64,000 nucleotides of DNA from the NCBI GenBank assembly GCA_965220745.1, contig CBDCQT010000010.1:672001-736000 (forward strand), read 5' to 3'. Under the pieces are notes generated by a model that had not been told where the DNA came from, searched no databases, and saw only the letters and a list, made by a program, of their open reading frames with translations. Below are positions 11,395 to 22,348 of the stretch, piece by piece (positions within the stretch are counted from its first letter, which is position 1; each line of letters opens with the position of its first letter). The DNA is from Alphaproteobacteria bacterium. Its GTDB lineage: Bacteria > Pseudomonadota > Alphaproteobacteria > UBA828. The position numbers were made by a program, and so were the translations under genes.

Positions 11395-12183
11395 ATGAGC
11401 TCAGTCTTCGCCAACGACGCGTTCGCCGGGAAGACGGTCCTGGTCACCGGCGCCAGCTCCGGCATCGGCGAAGGCACCGCCAAGGCCTTCGCCGCCCACG
11501 GCGCCAACGTCATGATCAACGGGCGCGATGCGGCGCGTGGCGGCGCGGTGCGCGATGCCATCGCGAACGACGGTGGCAGCGTCTCGCTGAGCCTCGGCGA
11601 CGTGGCGGACTCCGCCTACTGCAACCGGCTGGTGGCCGAGACGGTGGACCGCTTCGGCCGGCTTGACGTGCTCTTCAACAATGCCGGTATCTGTTTGCAC
11701 GGGCCGGTGGACGAGACCTCCGACGACGACTGGGACCACCTGATCGGCATCAACATCAGCGGCAGCTTCTACATGGCGCGGGCCGCCGTGCGCCAGATGA
11801 AGGCGCAGGGCGATGGCGGCGCCATCATCAACATGTCGTCGGAATGCGGGCTGATCGCCTATGAGCGACTGCCTGCCTACAGCGCGACCAAGGGCGCCAT
11901 CGTCATGCTGACCAAGTGCATGGCCATGGATCACGCCAGGGACGGCATCCGCGTCAACGCGGTCTGCCCCGGCGATATCGACACGCCCATGACCGACCTG
12001 GGCTGGGCGCATCTCGACGTCACCTCCGAAGAGATCCGCGAGAAGCTCAAGGAGCATATCCCTCTCGGCAAGGTGGGGCAGCCAGTCGATATCGCCCATG
12101 CGGTGATGTATCTCGCCTCCGACGCCGCAGGCTTCGTCACCGGCACCCTGCTCCCCATCGACGGCGGCACGACTGCTCGATAA
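11395..12183 (+). CDS. SDR family oxidoreductase
   Basis: TGASSGIG, NNAG, YSATK, NAVCPG. Confidence 0.95.
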   Translation: MSSVFANDAFAGKTVLVTGASSGIGEGTAKAFAAHGANVMINGRDAARGGAVRDAIANDGGSVSLSLGDVADSAYCNRLVAETVDRFGRLDVLFNNAGICLHGPVDETSDDDWDHLIGINISGSFYMARAAVRQMKAQGDGGAIINMSSECGLIAYERLPAYSATKGAIVMLTKCMAMDHARDGIRVNAVCPGDIDTPMTDLGWAHLDVTSEEIREKLKEHIPLGKVGQPVDIAHAVMYLASDAAGFVTGTLLPIDGGTTAR

Positions 12184-12217
12184 GCGCGCCTCCGGCACGA
12201 CCGCGCGATAGGAGCCC

Positions 12218-12982
12218 TTAGGGCGAGACGAGGAGGTAGATACCGGCGGCGACCATCGCGACGCCGCCCGCGCGCGCCACCCATTCGCCCTTGGGCATGA
12301 GCTTCTCGGCGACGACGAAGACGGTGATCGCCGCCACCCAGGCAAGGTTCATCACGCCACCGACGAAGAGCAACCCCATGACGAAGCCGCAGCAGCCGAG
12401 GCAGAAGGCGCCGTGGCCGAGCCCCATACGGAAGGCGCCCGACCGGCCCGGCCGCCAGTGCCCCATGATGAAAGCCATGGGCGAGCGGCAATGCTTAAGG
12501 CAGGCATACTTGAGCGGCGTCCACTGATAGACGCCGGCGGCGATGAACAGCACGCCGCCGAGGATCGTGCTGGTGGCGACCATCATCGGCGAAAGCAGCG
12601 CCGCATTCTGCAGCCCCCACTGCATCGCCGTCGCGGCAACACTGAACGCCGCCCAGACCAGCACGTAGCCGAGCGCGAAGAGCGTTGTCGAGGTGAAGGG
12701 GCGGCCACCGCTCTGCGAACGATCCACGCGAGCGAAGATCAGGATCATCGGTGCCGCGCTCGGCACCATCATGGCCACCATCATCACCGCCCACATGGCC
12801 CACATCAGCAGGCCATCGGTCACGCTCCAGGCCTGCATCTGCATCATGGCGCCGTCCGCGTGCGCCATGTCGCCGCCCATGTCGAGGGCCATGTCGATGA
12901 GGTAGAGCCAAGCGAGCGCGGCGGCGACCGCGAGGCCGGCCAGGACCACCAGCCGGTCGCGTCGTGCGATCCCCTCGATCAC
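12218..12982 (-). CDS. DUF2182 predicted metal-binding membrane protein
   Basis: MWAVMMVAMMVPS, YQWTPLKYACLKHCRSP, CLGCC, GVMNLAW. Confidence 0.88.
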   Translation of the reverse strand: MIEGIARRDRLVVLAGLAVAAALAWLYLIDMALDMGGDMAHADGAMMQMQAWSVTDGLLMWAMWAVMMVAMMVPSAAPMILIFARVDRSQSGGRPFTSTTLFALGYVLVWAAFSVAATAMQWGLQNAALLSPMMVATSTILGGVLFIAAGVYQWTPLKYACLKHCRSPMAFIMGHWRPGRSGAFRMGLGHGAFCLGCCGFVMGLLFVGGVMNLAWVAAITVFVVAEKLMPKGEWVARAGGVAMVAAGIYLLVSP

Positions 12983-13001
12983 GGGCGTTACGGCCGTGCC
13001 G

Positions 13002-13802
13002 TCAGTCGCATTTCGCGGTGAGGCCGCCGTCCACGACCAGGTCGGCCGCCGTCACGTACGCCGCCTCGTCGGAGGCCAGGAAGAGCGCCGCGTGGGCCAC
13101 GTCCCAGCCGGAGCCCATGCGCCCCATGGGCACCTGGGCGTGGCGCTTCTCGACCAGGGCTTCGAGGTCGCCGCCGCCGTACTGCGCGGCAAGGCGCGCC
13201 TCCACCAGCGGGGTGTGCATCAGCCCGACCGAAATCGAGTTGCAGCGCACGCCCCGCGCCGCATACTGCACGGCCACCGCCTTGGTGAACTGCACCAGCC
13301 CCGCCTTCGCCGCCGCATAGGCCGCGTGGTGGTTGCCGACGAAGCGGAGCCCGGCCACCGAGGAGATATTGACGATGGCGCCCGTGCCCTGCGCCTCCAT
13401 GATCGGGAGCGCGCAGCGGGTGGTGAGGAAGGCGCTGGTGAGGTTGAACTCCAGCTGCCCGGCCCAGTCCTCTTCGCTGAGCTCGACCGGCCCGCCGGGC
13501 ACCGAGCCGCCCACATTGTTGACGAGCACGTGCAATCCGCCCCAATGCTCGCAGACCGTGGACATTACCCGCTCGATCTGAGCGCTGTCGGTCACGTCGG
13601 CGGTCTCCACGGCGCAGGCGTTGCCCTCGCTCTCGATCATCTGCCGCGTTGCCTCGGCAGCGGCCGTGTTGCGGTCGACCGCGACGACGCGCGCGCCTTC
13701 GCGGGCGAACAGCACGGCGGTGGCGCGGCCGTTGCCCCAGCCGGGGCCGACCGAGCCTGCGCCCGTGATCAGCGCGACCTTGCCGTCGAGACGCCCTGTC
13801 AT
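13002..13802 (-). CDS. SDR family oxidoreductase
   Basis: TGAGSVGPGWGNG, NNVG, YAAAK. Confidence 0.93.
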   Translation of the reverse strand: MTGRLDGKVALITGAGSVGPGWGNGRATAVLFAREGARVVAVDRNTAAAEATRQMIESEGNACAVETADVTDSAQIERVMSTVCEHWGGLHVLVNNVGGSVPGGPVELSEEDWAGQLEFNLTSAFLTTRCALPIMEAQGTGAIVNISSVAGLRFVGNHHAAYAAAKAGLVQFTKAVAVQYAARGVRCNSISVGLMHTPLVEARLAAQYGGGDLEALVEKRHAQVPMGRMGSGWDVAHAALFLASDEAAYVTAADLVVDGGLTAKCD

Positions 13803-13811
13803 GCCGCCACC

Positions 13812-14720
13812 CTACCCTTCGATGCCGTGATATGCGCGCGCGATATCCGCTCGACGGCAGATCCACACGGCGTCGTGACTCAGCACGTGCTCCAGGAAGC
13901 GCCGGAGCGCCGCGAGGCGTGCGGGCCTCCCGATCACGCGGCAATGCAGGCCCACGGAAAGCATCGCGGGCTGCCCGTTGACTCCCTCCCGGTAAAGCTC
14001 GTCGAAGGCGCCGCAGAGATACTCGGCGAACGCGACCGGCGAGGCGAAGCCGTTCGGCGTGCTGAACTTCATGTCGTTGCTGTCGAGCGCGTAGGGAATG
14101 ACGAGGTGGCGCTCTCGCCCCTCAAGCTCCAGCCAGTAGGGGATGTCGTCGTCGTAGGCGTCCGAATCGTAGAGCAGGCCGCCGCACTCGATCGCGAGCC
14201 GCCGCGAGTTCGCGCTCACCCGGCCGCAGTAGAAGCCGACCGGCGCCTCGCCCGTCTGCTCGCGGATCGTCTCCTTCGACTTCAGGATGTGCTCGCGCTC
14301 CACCTCCTCGGGGACGTTGGCATAGTCGAACCAGCGCCAGTTGTGGCTCGCGACCTCGAAACCCTGCCCGGCGCAATAGCGACCAACAGCCGGGTTCAGC
14401 GCGAGCGCCTGGCCGACGCCGAAAATGGTCGCAGTCACGCCCAGCTCCTCGAACAGCCGCAGGATGCGCCAGACGCCGGCGCGCGCGCCATAGTCATAAA
14501 GGCTTTCGGTATTGTGATCCCGCTGGCCCTCGCGCGCCTCGATGCCGCAAATCTCGTGAATGTAGCTCTCGGAGGTGGCATCGCCGTTCTGGATCGACCG
14601 TTCCGCGCCCTCCTCGTAGTTGAGGACGAGGCTCAGCGCGAGCGGGCTCCGGTCCCGCCAGGGCGGGCGCGGGCGCTCGCGACCGTAGCCGACGAAGTCG
14701 CGATCGTTCATGCCGGTCAT
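13812..14720 (-). CDS. Polysaccharide deacetylase family, allantoinase PuuE-like
   Basis: RDFVGYG, LNYEEGAE, ESLYDYGARAGVWR, SVGLHCR..GRP. Confidence 0.85.
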   Translation of the reverse strand: MTGMNDRDFVGYGRERPRPPWRDRSPLALSLVLNYEEGAERSIQNGDATSESYIHEICGIEAREGQRDHNTESLYDYGARAGVWRILRLFEELGVTATIFGVGQALALNPAVGRYCAGQGFEVASHNWRWFDYANVPEEVEREHILKSKETIREQTGEAPVGFYCGRVSANSRRLAIECGGLLYDSDAYDDDIPYWLELEGRERHLVIPYALDSNDMKFSTPNGFASPVAFAEYLCGAFDELYREGVNGQPAMLSVGLHCRVIGRPARLAALRRFLEHVLSHDAVWICRRADIARAYHGIEG

Positions 14721-15238
14721 GTCTGAGAACTCCTTGGCGAACCCGGTTCGGACACGTCATGCCAGGTGGTGGGCCTGAAGAAGGTGCGGTCGAAGCCGCC
14801 GCCGTTCCAGGTGGTCATTTTGCGCACGTGGACGAGAAAGGGCTCCCTGGGGAATCCGAACGTCGTTTCGGCGTAGGCGACGCCCGGTGCCCCCAGGTAC
14901 CGCTCCGCCATCTTGCGGGCCGGCGTGATCCAGTCGAAGTCCTCCGGCAGGAACTCCGCCTCGCCGAGCACGCTTACGCGCATGTAGGGCAGGCCGGGGT
15001 TATCGACCAGAACACCGCAGCGCGGGTCGCGGTGCAGGTTCTGCACCATGCTGGTGCGCGCCTTGCTGATCACCAGGAACACGCGGTCCTGCGCCAGCCA
15101 GTCGAACCAGACCGGGCTTACCACGGGCCAGCCGTCGGCCATCGTGGTGGCGATCTTCGCGAACATCGTGCCTGAGGTCAGGAACGCATCGCGCTCCTCG
15201 ACGGTCATCCCCCGCCCGCTGTCCGACGTCATCGCCAT
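14717..15238 (-). CDS. Pyridoxamine 5'-phosphate oxidase-like (split barrel, flavin/F420-binding) protein
   Basis: IATTMADGWPVVSPVWF, NLHRDPRC. Confidence 0.8.
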   Translation of the reverse strand: MAMTSDSGRGMTVEERDAFLTSGTMFAKIATTMADGWPVVSPVWFDWLAQDRVFLVISKARTSMVQNLHRDPRCGVLVDNPGLPYMRVSVLGEAEFLPEDFDWITPARKMAERYLGAPGVAYAETTFGFPREPFLVHVRKMTTWNGGGFDRTFFRPTTWHDVSEPGSPRSSQT

Positions 15239-15412
15239 GGCGCATCTCTCCGTTCCGGTCGCGGGCACGGGCGCCGCAACACCCGGCCATCACTCGGGAC
15301 CGAAGGATAGGCGCGGCGAGTTGCCTTTGCACGCCGCCCTGCCGAAGGCCGCGTCTGCATGATAGGGTTCGCGCGCCCCAACGGGGGCGTAGAGCGAGGG
15401 GAAGGCCGGACC

Positions 15413-17842
15413 ATGAGGGATCAGGCGCGGGTGGTGGTGATCGGCGGCGGCATCGTCGGCTGCAGCGTGCTCTACCATCTGGCGAAGCTCGGCTGGTCCG
15501 ACGTGGTGCTAGTCGAGAAGACCGAGCTCACCGCAGGCTCCACCTGGCACGCAGCCGGCCTGCTGCCGCTCTTCAACATGAGCTACAGCGTCGGCCAGCT
15601 CCACAAGTACTCGATCGACCTCTACCAGAAGCTTGAGGAGGAGACCGGCCAGGCGGTGAGTTTTCATCGCACCGGCAACTTGCGCCTCGCCACCAACCAG
15701 GAGCGGATGGACGAGTACCGCAACTACTGCGGCACCGCGAACACCATCGGCGTCCCCTTCGAGCTGATCGGCCCGAACGAGATCGGCGACCTCTGGCCGC
15801 TCTGCAACCTGGAAGGCCTGGTGGGCGCGCTCTTCCACCCCCACGACGGCCACGTCGCGCCGGTCGACGTGACCCAGGCGCTGGCCAAGGGGGCGCGCGA
15901 CTGGGGCGCGGAGATCAACCGCAATACCGAGGTGACGGGCATCGAGCGCACCCCCGCCGGCGAGTGGCTGGTGAAAACCACGCGCGGCGACATCACCTGC
16001 GAGACCGTAGTGACCGCCACCGGCTCCTGGGCCCGGCAAGTGGGCGCCATGGTGGGCTTGGACCTGCCGACGATTCCGGTCGAGCACCAGTACATCGTGA
16101 CCGACACCATCCCCGAGCTGGAAGAGCGCAGGGAACAGGGCCTCCCCGAGATGCCCGTGCTGCGGGAGAGCGATGCCTCCTACTACATGCGGGAGGAGCG
16201 CCAGGGCCTCATCCTCGGGCCTTACGAGAAGGACGCGCCGGCCTGGGCGGTGGACGGCGTGCCGGAGGGCTTCGGGCAGGAGCTGCTGCCGCCTGACGTG
16301 GACCGCCTGGAGCCCCACATCGAGGCCGCCATCAACCGCGTGCCGATGTTCGGCCGCGCCGGCATCAAGGATTGCGTCAACGGCCCGATCCCCTACACGC
16401 CGGACGGCAACCCTCTCATCGGCCCGGCCCATGGCCTGCCGAACTTCTGGCTGGCCGAGGGCTTCAGCTTCGGCATCACGGCTGCGGGCGGCGCCGGCTG
16501 GCAGCTCGCGGGCTGGATCGCGGACGGCGAGCCTTCCATCGACATGCTGGCGGTCGACCCCCGCCGCTTCGGCGCCTACGCCAACAAGCACTACACCAGG
16601 GCCAAGAACGAGGAGGCCTACGCCCACGTCTTCATCATCCACTACCCGGACGAGGAGCGGCCTGCGGCGCGCCCCGCCAAGACCAGCCCGTGTCACGAGC
16701 GGCTCGCGGCGCACGGCGCCGTCTGGGGCCAGCGCTATGGCTGGGAGCGGCCCAACTGGTTCGCGCCTGAGGGCGTCGAGCCCGAAGACGACTGGAGCTT
16801 CCGCCGCACCAACTATTTCGGGCCCGTGGGCGACGAATGCCGCGCGGTGCGCGAGCGCGCGGGCCTGATCGACATCACCAGCTTCTCCAAGTTCAGGGTG
16901 TCGGGGCCGGGGGCGGAAGCCGCGCTCGACCGCGTGCTCGCCAACCGGCTGCCCAAGGCGAAGGGCCGCCTCAAGCTCGCCCATGCGCTCACCGTGACCG
17001 GCGGCGTGCGCTCCGAGTTCACAGTGATGCGCGAGGGGCCCGAGTCCTTCTATCTGGTCAGCTCCGGCGCGGCCGAGCGCTACGACCACGATTTCCTGCT
17101 GCGCCACGTGGCGGGCGAGGGCGTGAGCATCGAGAACATCACCACCGCCCACGGCGTGCTGGTGCTGGCGGGGCCGCGCTCGCGCGATATCCTGCAAGCC
17201 GTGACAGACGCCGACCTCTCCAACGCGGCCTTCCCCTGGCTCACGGCGCAGCCCATCTCCATCGGCGTGGCCCCCACCGTTGCGATGCGGGTCAACTTCG
17301 TGGGCGAGCTCGGCTGGGAGCTGCACCACCCCATCGAGTATCAGAACCGCATCTTCGACACCCTCGTGGACGCCGGCACCGACCACGGCCTCGGCATGTG
17401 CGGGATGCGGGCGATGGATTCGCTCAGGATCGAAAAATCCTACCGCATGTGGGGGCAGGACCTGACCATCGAGTATTCCGCCTTCGAGGCCGGTCTGGAC
17501 CGCTTCGTGGCGTTGGACAAGGGCGACTTCGTCGGCCGTGACGCGCTGGTGGCCCAGCGCGAGGCGGGAGTGCCGCAGGACTTCGTGACGCTTGAGATCG
17601 AGGCCGACGACGCCGACTCCTGGGGCAACGAGCCGATCTACGACGGCGAGGCCATGGTCGGCCGCGCCACCTCCGGCGCCTTCGGCCACACCGTGGGCAA
17701 GAGCCTGGCGCTCGGCTACGTCGCCCGCAACCACGCGGTGCGCGGCCGCCGGCTCGCCGTCGAAATCCTGGGGGAACGGCGCCCGGCGCGGATCGTCCCC
17801 AACTCGCCGGTGGACCCCTCCAACGAGCGGCTGCGCGCCTAG
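15413..17842 (+). CDS. Dimethylglycine dehydrogenase-like FAD oxidoreductase with GcvT domain
   Basis: VIGGGIVG, LTAGSTWHAAG, YTPDGNP, GWERPNWF, SLRIEKSYR. Confidence 0.93.
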   Translation: MRDQARVVVIGGGIVGCSVLYHLAKLGWSDVVLVEKTELTAGSTWHAAGLLPLFNMSYSVGQLHKYSIDLYQKLEEETGQAVSFHRTGNLRLATNQERMDEYRNYCGTANTIGVPFELIGPNEIGDLWPLCNLEGLVGALFHPHDGHVAPVDVTQALAKGARDWGAEINRNTEVTGIERTPAGEWLVKTTRGDITCETVVTATGSWARQVGAMVGLDLPTIPVEHQYIVTDTIPELEERREQGLPEMPVLRESDASYYMREERQGLILGPYEKDAPAWAVDGVPEGFGQELLPPDVDRLEPHIEAAINRVPMFGRAGIKDCVNGPIPYTPDGNPLIGPAHGLPNFWLAEGFSFGITAAGGAGWQLAGWIADGEPSIDMLAVDPRRFGAYANKHYTRAKNEEAYAHVFIIHYPDEERPAARPAKTSPCHERLAAHGAVWGQRYGWERPNWFAPEGVEPEDDWSFRRTNYFGPVGDECRAVRERAGLIDITSFSKFRVSGPGAEAALDRVLANRLPKAKGRLKLAHALTVTGGVRSEFTVMREGPESFYLVSSGAAERYDHDFLLRHVAGEGVSIENITTAHGVLVLAGPRSRDILQAVTDADLSNAAFPWLTAQPISIGVAPTVAMRVNFVGELGWELHHPIEYQNRIFDTLVDAGTDHGLGMCGMRAMDSLRIEKSYRMWGQDLTIEYSAFEAGLDRFVALDKGDFVGRDALVAQREAGVPQDFVTLEIEADDADSWGNEPIYDGEAMVGRATSGAFGHTVGKSLALGYVARNHAVRGRRLAVEILGERRPARIVPNSPVDPSNERLRA

Positions 17843-17884
17843 CCTGCGCGCGGCGAGCCCCACACTCAGCATCGAGGAGACGAC

Positions 17885-18697
17885 ATGGCACTGGCCGAGC
17901 GCGACATCACCGTCGAAGGGCACCGGGTCCACCTCTGGGAGGGAGGCGAGGGCTTCCCCATCCTGATGCTTCACGGCTCTGGCCCCGGCGCGGGCACCGT
18001 CGGCAACTGGCGCCTGGTGCTGGAGCCGCTGGCGGCGCGCTACCGCATCGTCGCCACCGACCTGATCGGCTTCGGCGCCTCCGGCCGCAAGGCAGAGGAG
18101 CCCTATTTCGATCTGCCGCTCTGGCGGCGCCAGGCCCAGGCGGTGCTCGACCTGCTGCCCGCAGGCGATGCCGGCGTGATCGGCCATTCGCTCTCCGGCA
18201 GCCTCGCGCTCGGGCTCGCCATGGACAATCCGCGCATCACCAGGGTGATGACCACCGGCGCCATGGGCGCGCCCGCACGCGCCAACCGCGAGACCGAGAT
18301 CTGCTGGCGCTTCCCCGAGACCCGCGAGGAGCTGCGCCAGGCGGCGGAAATCCTGGTCCACGACCCCTCGGTGATCACCGACGCGTTCCTCGATGCCCGC
18401 ATGGCGATCCTCCACGACGGCGAATACGGCCCCTACTTCCGCAGCATGTTTGCGGGCGACAAGCAGCGCTACATCGACGAGGCGGTGCTGCCGCCCGATC
18501 GGCTCTCGGCGCTCGCCTGCCGGGTGATGATGCTCCACGGTCGCGACGACCGGCCCTTCCCCTGCGAGGAGAACACGCGGGTGCTCGCCCGCCACATCCA
18601 CAGTGCCGACACCTTCGTGATCGCGGAGTGCGGCCATTCGCCGGCCCTGGAGCATCCTGATAAACTGCTGGCTGCGGCGCAGATGCTGTTCGGCTGA
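17885..18697 (+). CDS. Alpha/beta hydrolase (C-C hydrolase-like)
   Basis: LHGSGPG, GHSLSG nucleophile elbow, HGRDD, CGH. Confidence 0.9.
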   Translation: MALAERDITVEGHRVHLWEGGEGFPILMLHGSGPGAGTVGNWRLVLEPLAARYRIVATDLIGFGASGRKAEEPYFDLPLWRRQAQAVLDLLPAGDAGVIGHSLSGSLALGLAMDNPRITRVMTTGAMGAPARANRETEICWRFPETREELRQAAEILVHDPSVITDAFLDARMAILHDGEYGPYFRSMFAGDKQRYIDEAVLPPDRLSALACRVMMLHGRDDRPFPCEENTRVLARHIHSADTFVIAECGHSPALEHPDKLLAAAQMLFG

Positions 18698-18736
18698 CGC
18701 TGAGCGACACGCACAGGCAAGACGATGGAGCGGGCG

Positions 18737-20104
18737 ATGCGTAAACACATTCGATGCGGACAGCTGTTCACCGGCCTCGGCGACGGCGCTGAGCGCGGCC
18801 AGACGGTAGTGACCGAAGGCGAGCGCATCGCCTATGTCGGGCCGAGCGCAGGCGCGCCCGTGGTGGCGCCCGAAGACGAGGTGGTGGACCACTCCGGCCA
18901 CTTCGTGCTGCCCGGCCTGATCGACGTCCACGTCCACCTCTCCTACGGCAATGCCAAGACCGAGGAGGACATCGACCTCTACGCGCCGGTCGAGTTCCGC
19001 GCGCTGCGCGGGCTGGAGGCGGCCCAGCGGGTGCTCGCCGCCGGCTTCACCTCGATGGCCGACCCCACCACCAGCGGCCGGGTGACCCCCTCCATTCGCG
19101 ACGCCATCGACGCGGGGCTCTTCGTCGGCCCCCGCATCACCTGCTCCGGGCGCCAGATCACCAACCGCCAGGGGCTCTCCGACTGGTACCCGACCTGGAT
19201 CGGCGTTCCCGAGACCTCCATCGGCGTGCTCGCCCGTGATGCCAACGAAGGGATCGCGGAAATCCGCACCATGGCCAAGGACGGCGTGGACTTCATCAAG
19301 ATCGCCATGGACGGCGATTCGATGAACCCCATGACCAGCGTGCTCGTCGCCGGCTACAACCAGGAAGAGACCACGGCGATGGTCGCGGAGGCCCACCGGC
19401 TCGGCAAGAAGGTGGTGGTGCACGCGCGCGGCGCCGAGGCCGTGCTCTACTCCGCCCGCGCCGGCGTCGACGTGATCCTGCATGCCGCCTGGATGGACGA
19501 CGAGGGCCTGGAGGCTGTGGTGGAGAACGGCTGCATGATCTGCCCGACCTTTAGCCTCGTGGTGAACGACATCGACTTCACCCGGCCGGGGGACGGCTGC
19601 TATCCGGGCTTCCCGGACGCGCACAAGCGCGAGATCGAGGCCGCCCAGCGCTCGCTGGTCAAGGCGCGCGATGCGGGCGTCACCTTCCTCTCCGGCACCG
19701 ATTCCGGCTTCGCGGTGACGCCCTACGGCGAATGGCACGCCCGCGAGCTGGAGCACATGGTGACCTACCTCGGCATCTCGCCGGCAGACGCGCTGCGCTG
19801 CGCCACGGTCAACAACGGCACCTTCGTGCGGGAGGAGGGCCAGGTAGGCGCGCTGGAGCAGGGCCGGCTCGCCGACATCCTGGTCTTCGACGGCGACCCG
19901 CTGGCCGACATCACCCATCTGCAGGACCGCAGCCGCATCCGCGAGATCGTCCTCGGCGGCGAGACCGTGAACCTCGCCATCAACCCGCAGGCCACACGCC
20001 TCCGCTCCGAGTTCTCCTACGAGATGTGGCACCAGGTCTACACGCAGGAGCGGATCGCCGAGATCGGCATGAACCGCCCGGTCCCGGCCGAGGCCGCCGA
20101 GTAG
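18737..20104 (+). CDS. Metal-dependent amidohydrolase family protein
   Basis: PGLIDVHVH, VVHARG, SGTDSG, GRLADI. Confidence 0.9.
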   Translation: MRKHIRCGQLFTGLGDGAERGQTVVTEGERIAYVGPSAGAPVVAPEDEVVDHSGHFVLPGLIDVHVHLSYGNAKTEEDIDLYAPVEFRALRGLEAAQRVLAAGFTSMADPTTSGRVTPSIRDAIDAGLFVGPRITCSGRQITNRQGLSDWYPTWIGVPETSIGVLARDANEGIAEIRTMAKDGVDFIKIAMDGDSMNPMTSVLVAGYNQEETTAMVAEAHRLGKKVVVHARGAEAVLYSARAGVDVILHAAWMDDEGLEAVVENGCMICPTFSLVVNDIDFTRPGDGCYPGFPDAHKREIEAAQRSLVKARDAGVTFLSGTDSGFAVTPYGEWHARELEHMVTYLGISPADALRCATVNNGTFVREEGQVGALEQGRLADILVFDGDPLADITHLQDRSRIREIVLGGETVNLAINPQATRLRSEFSYEMWHQVYTQERIAEIGMNRPVPAEAAE

Positions 20105-20209
20105 CGACCGCAGACTGCTGCCGGAGCACGGTCGGGCGGCTCGTCGGCGCGCGCCGGCGGGCCGCCTTCCGTTCCGAGCCTGACGATCCGAAACGGGGAG
20201 CGAGACGCC

Positions 20210-21382
20210 ATGCCCGTCATCAACCGCATCGCCGCGATCCACGACGACATGACCGCGTGGCGGCGCGACATCCACGCCCACCCCGAACTGGGTTTCCAGG
20301 AGGAGCGCACTGCCGCCGTCGTGGCCGAGAAGCTCGAATCCTTCGGCATCCAGGTGCATCGCGGGCTCGCGAAGACCGGCGTGGTCGGCATCCTCGAAGG
20401 CGCGCCGGGGGCCGGCGCCATCGCGCTCCGCGCGGACATGGACGCGCTGCCGATCCTGGAGGGCAACGACGTCGCCCATCGGTCGGTCAACGACGGCGCC
20501 ATGCACGCCTGCGGCCATGACGGCCACACGACCATGCTGCTGGGCGCGGCCCAGTACCTGGCCGAGACCCGCAACTTCGCCGGCACGGTCTACTTCGTGT
20601 TCCAGCCTGCCGAGGAAGGGCTCGGCGGCGGCGAGGCCATGGTGAAGGAGGGGCTGTTCGAGCGCTTCCCCGCCACGGCGGTCTACGGCATGCACAACTG
20701 GCCGGGCCTGCCGCCGGGCGAGATCGCCGTCCGCACCGGGCCGATGATGGCGGCCTGCGACGAGTTCACCATCACGGTCGAGGGCACCGGCGCCCACGGC
20801 GCCATGCCCCACCTCGGCCACGATGCCGTGGTGGCGGCGGCGCAGATCGTCACCGGCCTGCAGTCCATCGTGGCCCGCAACGTGGACCCGCTGGAGGCCG
20901 GCGTCGTCAGCGTGACCATGATCCACGGCGGCGACGCCTTCAACGTCATCCCGCAGGCGGTCGAGCTCGCCGGCACCGTCCGCACCTTCAAGCCCGAGGT
21001 GCGGGACCTGATCGCCGCCAACATCGAGCGCATAGCGGAGAGCACGGCGGTGGCGCTGGGTGCCAAGGCCACGGTAAACGTGGAGGGGCGCTTCCCGGCC
21101 ACGGTCAACACGGCGGACGAGACCGCGCGGGCCGAAGCGGCGGCCCAGGCCGTGGTGGGGCAGGAGCGCGTGCACCGCGACCTCGCCCCCTGCATGGGCT
21201 CCGAGGACTTCGCCTACATGCTCCATGCCCGGCCCGGCAGCTATATCTGGATCGGCAACGGCCTCGGCCCCGGCGGCTGCTTCCTCCACAACCCCGGCTA
21301 CGACTTCAACGACGAGATCCTCCCCATCGGCGCGAGCTACTGGGCGACTCTGGTCGAGCGCGAGCTTGCGGCGGGTCCCTGA
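20210..21382 (+). CDS. M20 family amidohydrolase (hippurate hydrolase-like)
   Basis: HAHPELGF, RADMDALP, HACGHDGH, FQPAEE, SEDF. Confidence 0.95.
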   Translation: MPVINRIAAIHDDMTAWRRDIHAHPELGFQEERTAAVVAEKLESFGIQVHRGLAKTGVVGILEGAPGAGAIALRADMDALPILEGNDVAHRSVNDGAMHACGHDGHTTMLLGAAQYLAETRNFAGTVYFVFQPAEEGLGGGEAMVKEGLFERFPATAVYGMHNWPGLPPGEIAVRTGPMMAACDEFTITVEGTGAHGAMPHLGHDAVVAAAQIVTGLQSIVARNVDPLEAGVVSVTMIHGGDAFNVIPQAVELAGTVRTFKPEVRDLIAANIERIAESTAVALGAKATVNVEGRFPATVNTADETARAEAAAQAVVGQERVHRDLAPCMGSEDFAYMLHARPGSYIWIGNGLGPGGCFLHNPGYDFNDEILPIGASYWATLVERELAAGP

Positions 21383-21402
21383 ACCGGCGGCGGGCCTCCA
21401 CC

Positions 21403-22299
21403 GTGAACGACACCGCCCAGCCGCGTCTTGCGGCTTGGGACGCTGAAGCGGCACGTCGTCAACTCGAAGCCGACGGCTTCTGTCACGTGCCGGGCGTACT
21501 GGACCCCGCCGCGTTGCGCGCGACCAAGGCGGCGGCGGAGACCGCGCTCGGCACCATCGACGCGGACCACCGCGCACAGTGGCGCTCACAGGGGAGCCTC
21601 GTCCCGGTCGCGGACCACCCCGCCTTCGCATCGCTCATCGCGCACCCCGGCTTTCAGGAGATGTTCGAACGCCTCGGCTTGCCTGGCACGCGCTTCTCCT
21701 CGGGCTACGTCATCAGCAAGCCGCCGGGCGGGCCCGCGCTCTTCTGGCATCAGGACTGGTGGGGCTGGCAGCATCCGATCTCGCGGGAGGAGCGCATCGC
21801 CCAGTTGGCACTCTTCCTCTACATGACCGACACGACGCGTCGGAACGGCTGCCTGCGTCTGATCCCCGGCTCGCACCGCAGGCCGCATCCGCTGCACGAG
21901 CTGGTTGACGCCCACGACCCGACGCTCGCCGAGGTGCGCAACCCGGACGATGCCGCCTTCGCCTCGCACCCGGACGAGGTCGACGTGCCGGTCGCGGCGG
22001 GCGATGTCGTCGTGGTCGATGCGCGGCTGATCCACGGCGCCCACCCCAACCGCTCGGACCTCGAGCGCACCAACATCACGCTCTGGTGGCACCCGGATTA
22101 CGACGGCCTGCCGGCCCCGCTGCGGGCCCGCATCTGGCAGATCTACCGGCGCGAGGAGATCGACACGGACGCAGCCCCCGGTCGCACCCTGCGCCCCGAC
22201 ATCTGGCCCGAGCCCGAGCGCAGCCAGGCGCTCCCCTTCCTCGTCACCGACCCCGGCCCCTTCGCGCCCGAGCCCTGGAACCGCACACCGCAGTACTAA
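21403..22299 (+). CDS. Phytanoyl-CoA dioxygenase (PhyH) family
   Basis: WHQD, NGCLRLIPGSH, distal HGAHPN. Confidence 0.9.
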   Translation: MNDTAQPRLAAWDAEAARRQLEADGFCHVPGVLDPAALRATKAAAETALGTIDADHRAQWRSQGSLVPVADHPAFASLIAHPGFQEMFERLGLPGTRFSSGYVISKPPGGPALFWHQDWWGWQHPISREERIAQLALFLYMTDTTRRNGCLRLIPGSHRRPHPLHELVDAHDPTLAEVRNPDDAAFASHPDEVDVPVAAGDVVVVDARLIHGAHPNRSDLERTNITLWWHPDYDGLPAPLRARIWQIYRREEIDTDAAPGRTLRPDIWPEPERSQALPFLVTDPGPFAPEPWNRTPQY

Positions 22300-22348
22300 G
22301 GCGCGCCTCAGACTGCGGCTCGCATGACCCAGCTCGAAGGAGCCGGCA

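Noticed and set aside
15509-21631. 2040-aa minus-strand ORF and many similar long antisense ORFs
   Set aside because: Shadow frames of motif-rich plus-strand genes in high-GC DNA; no recognisable domains.
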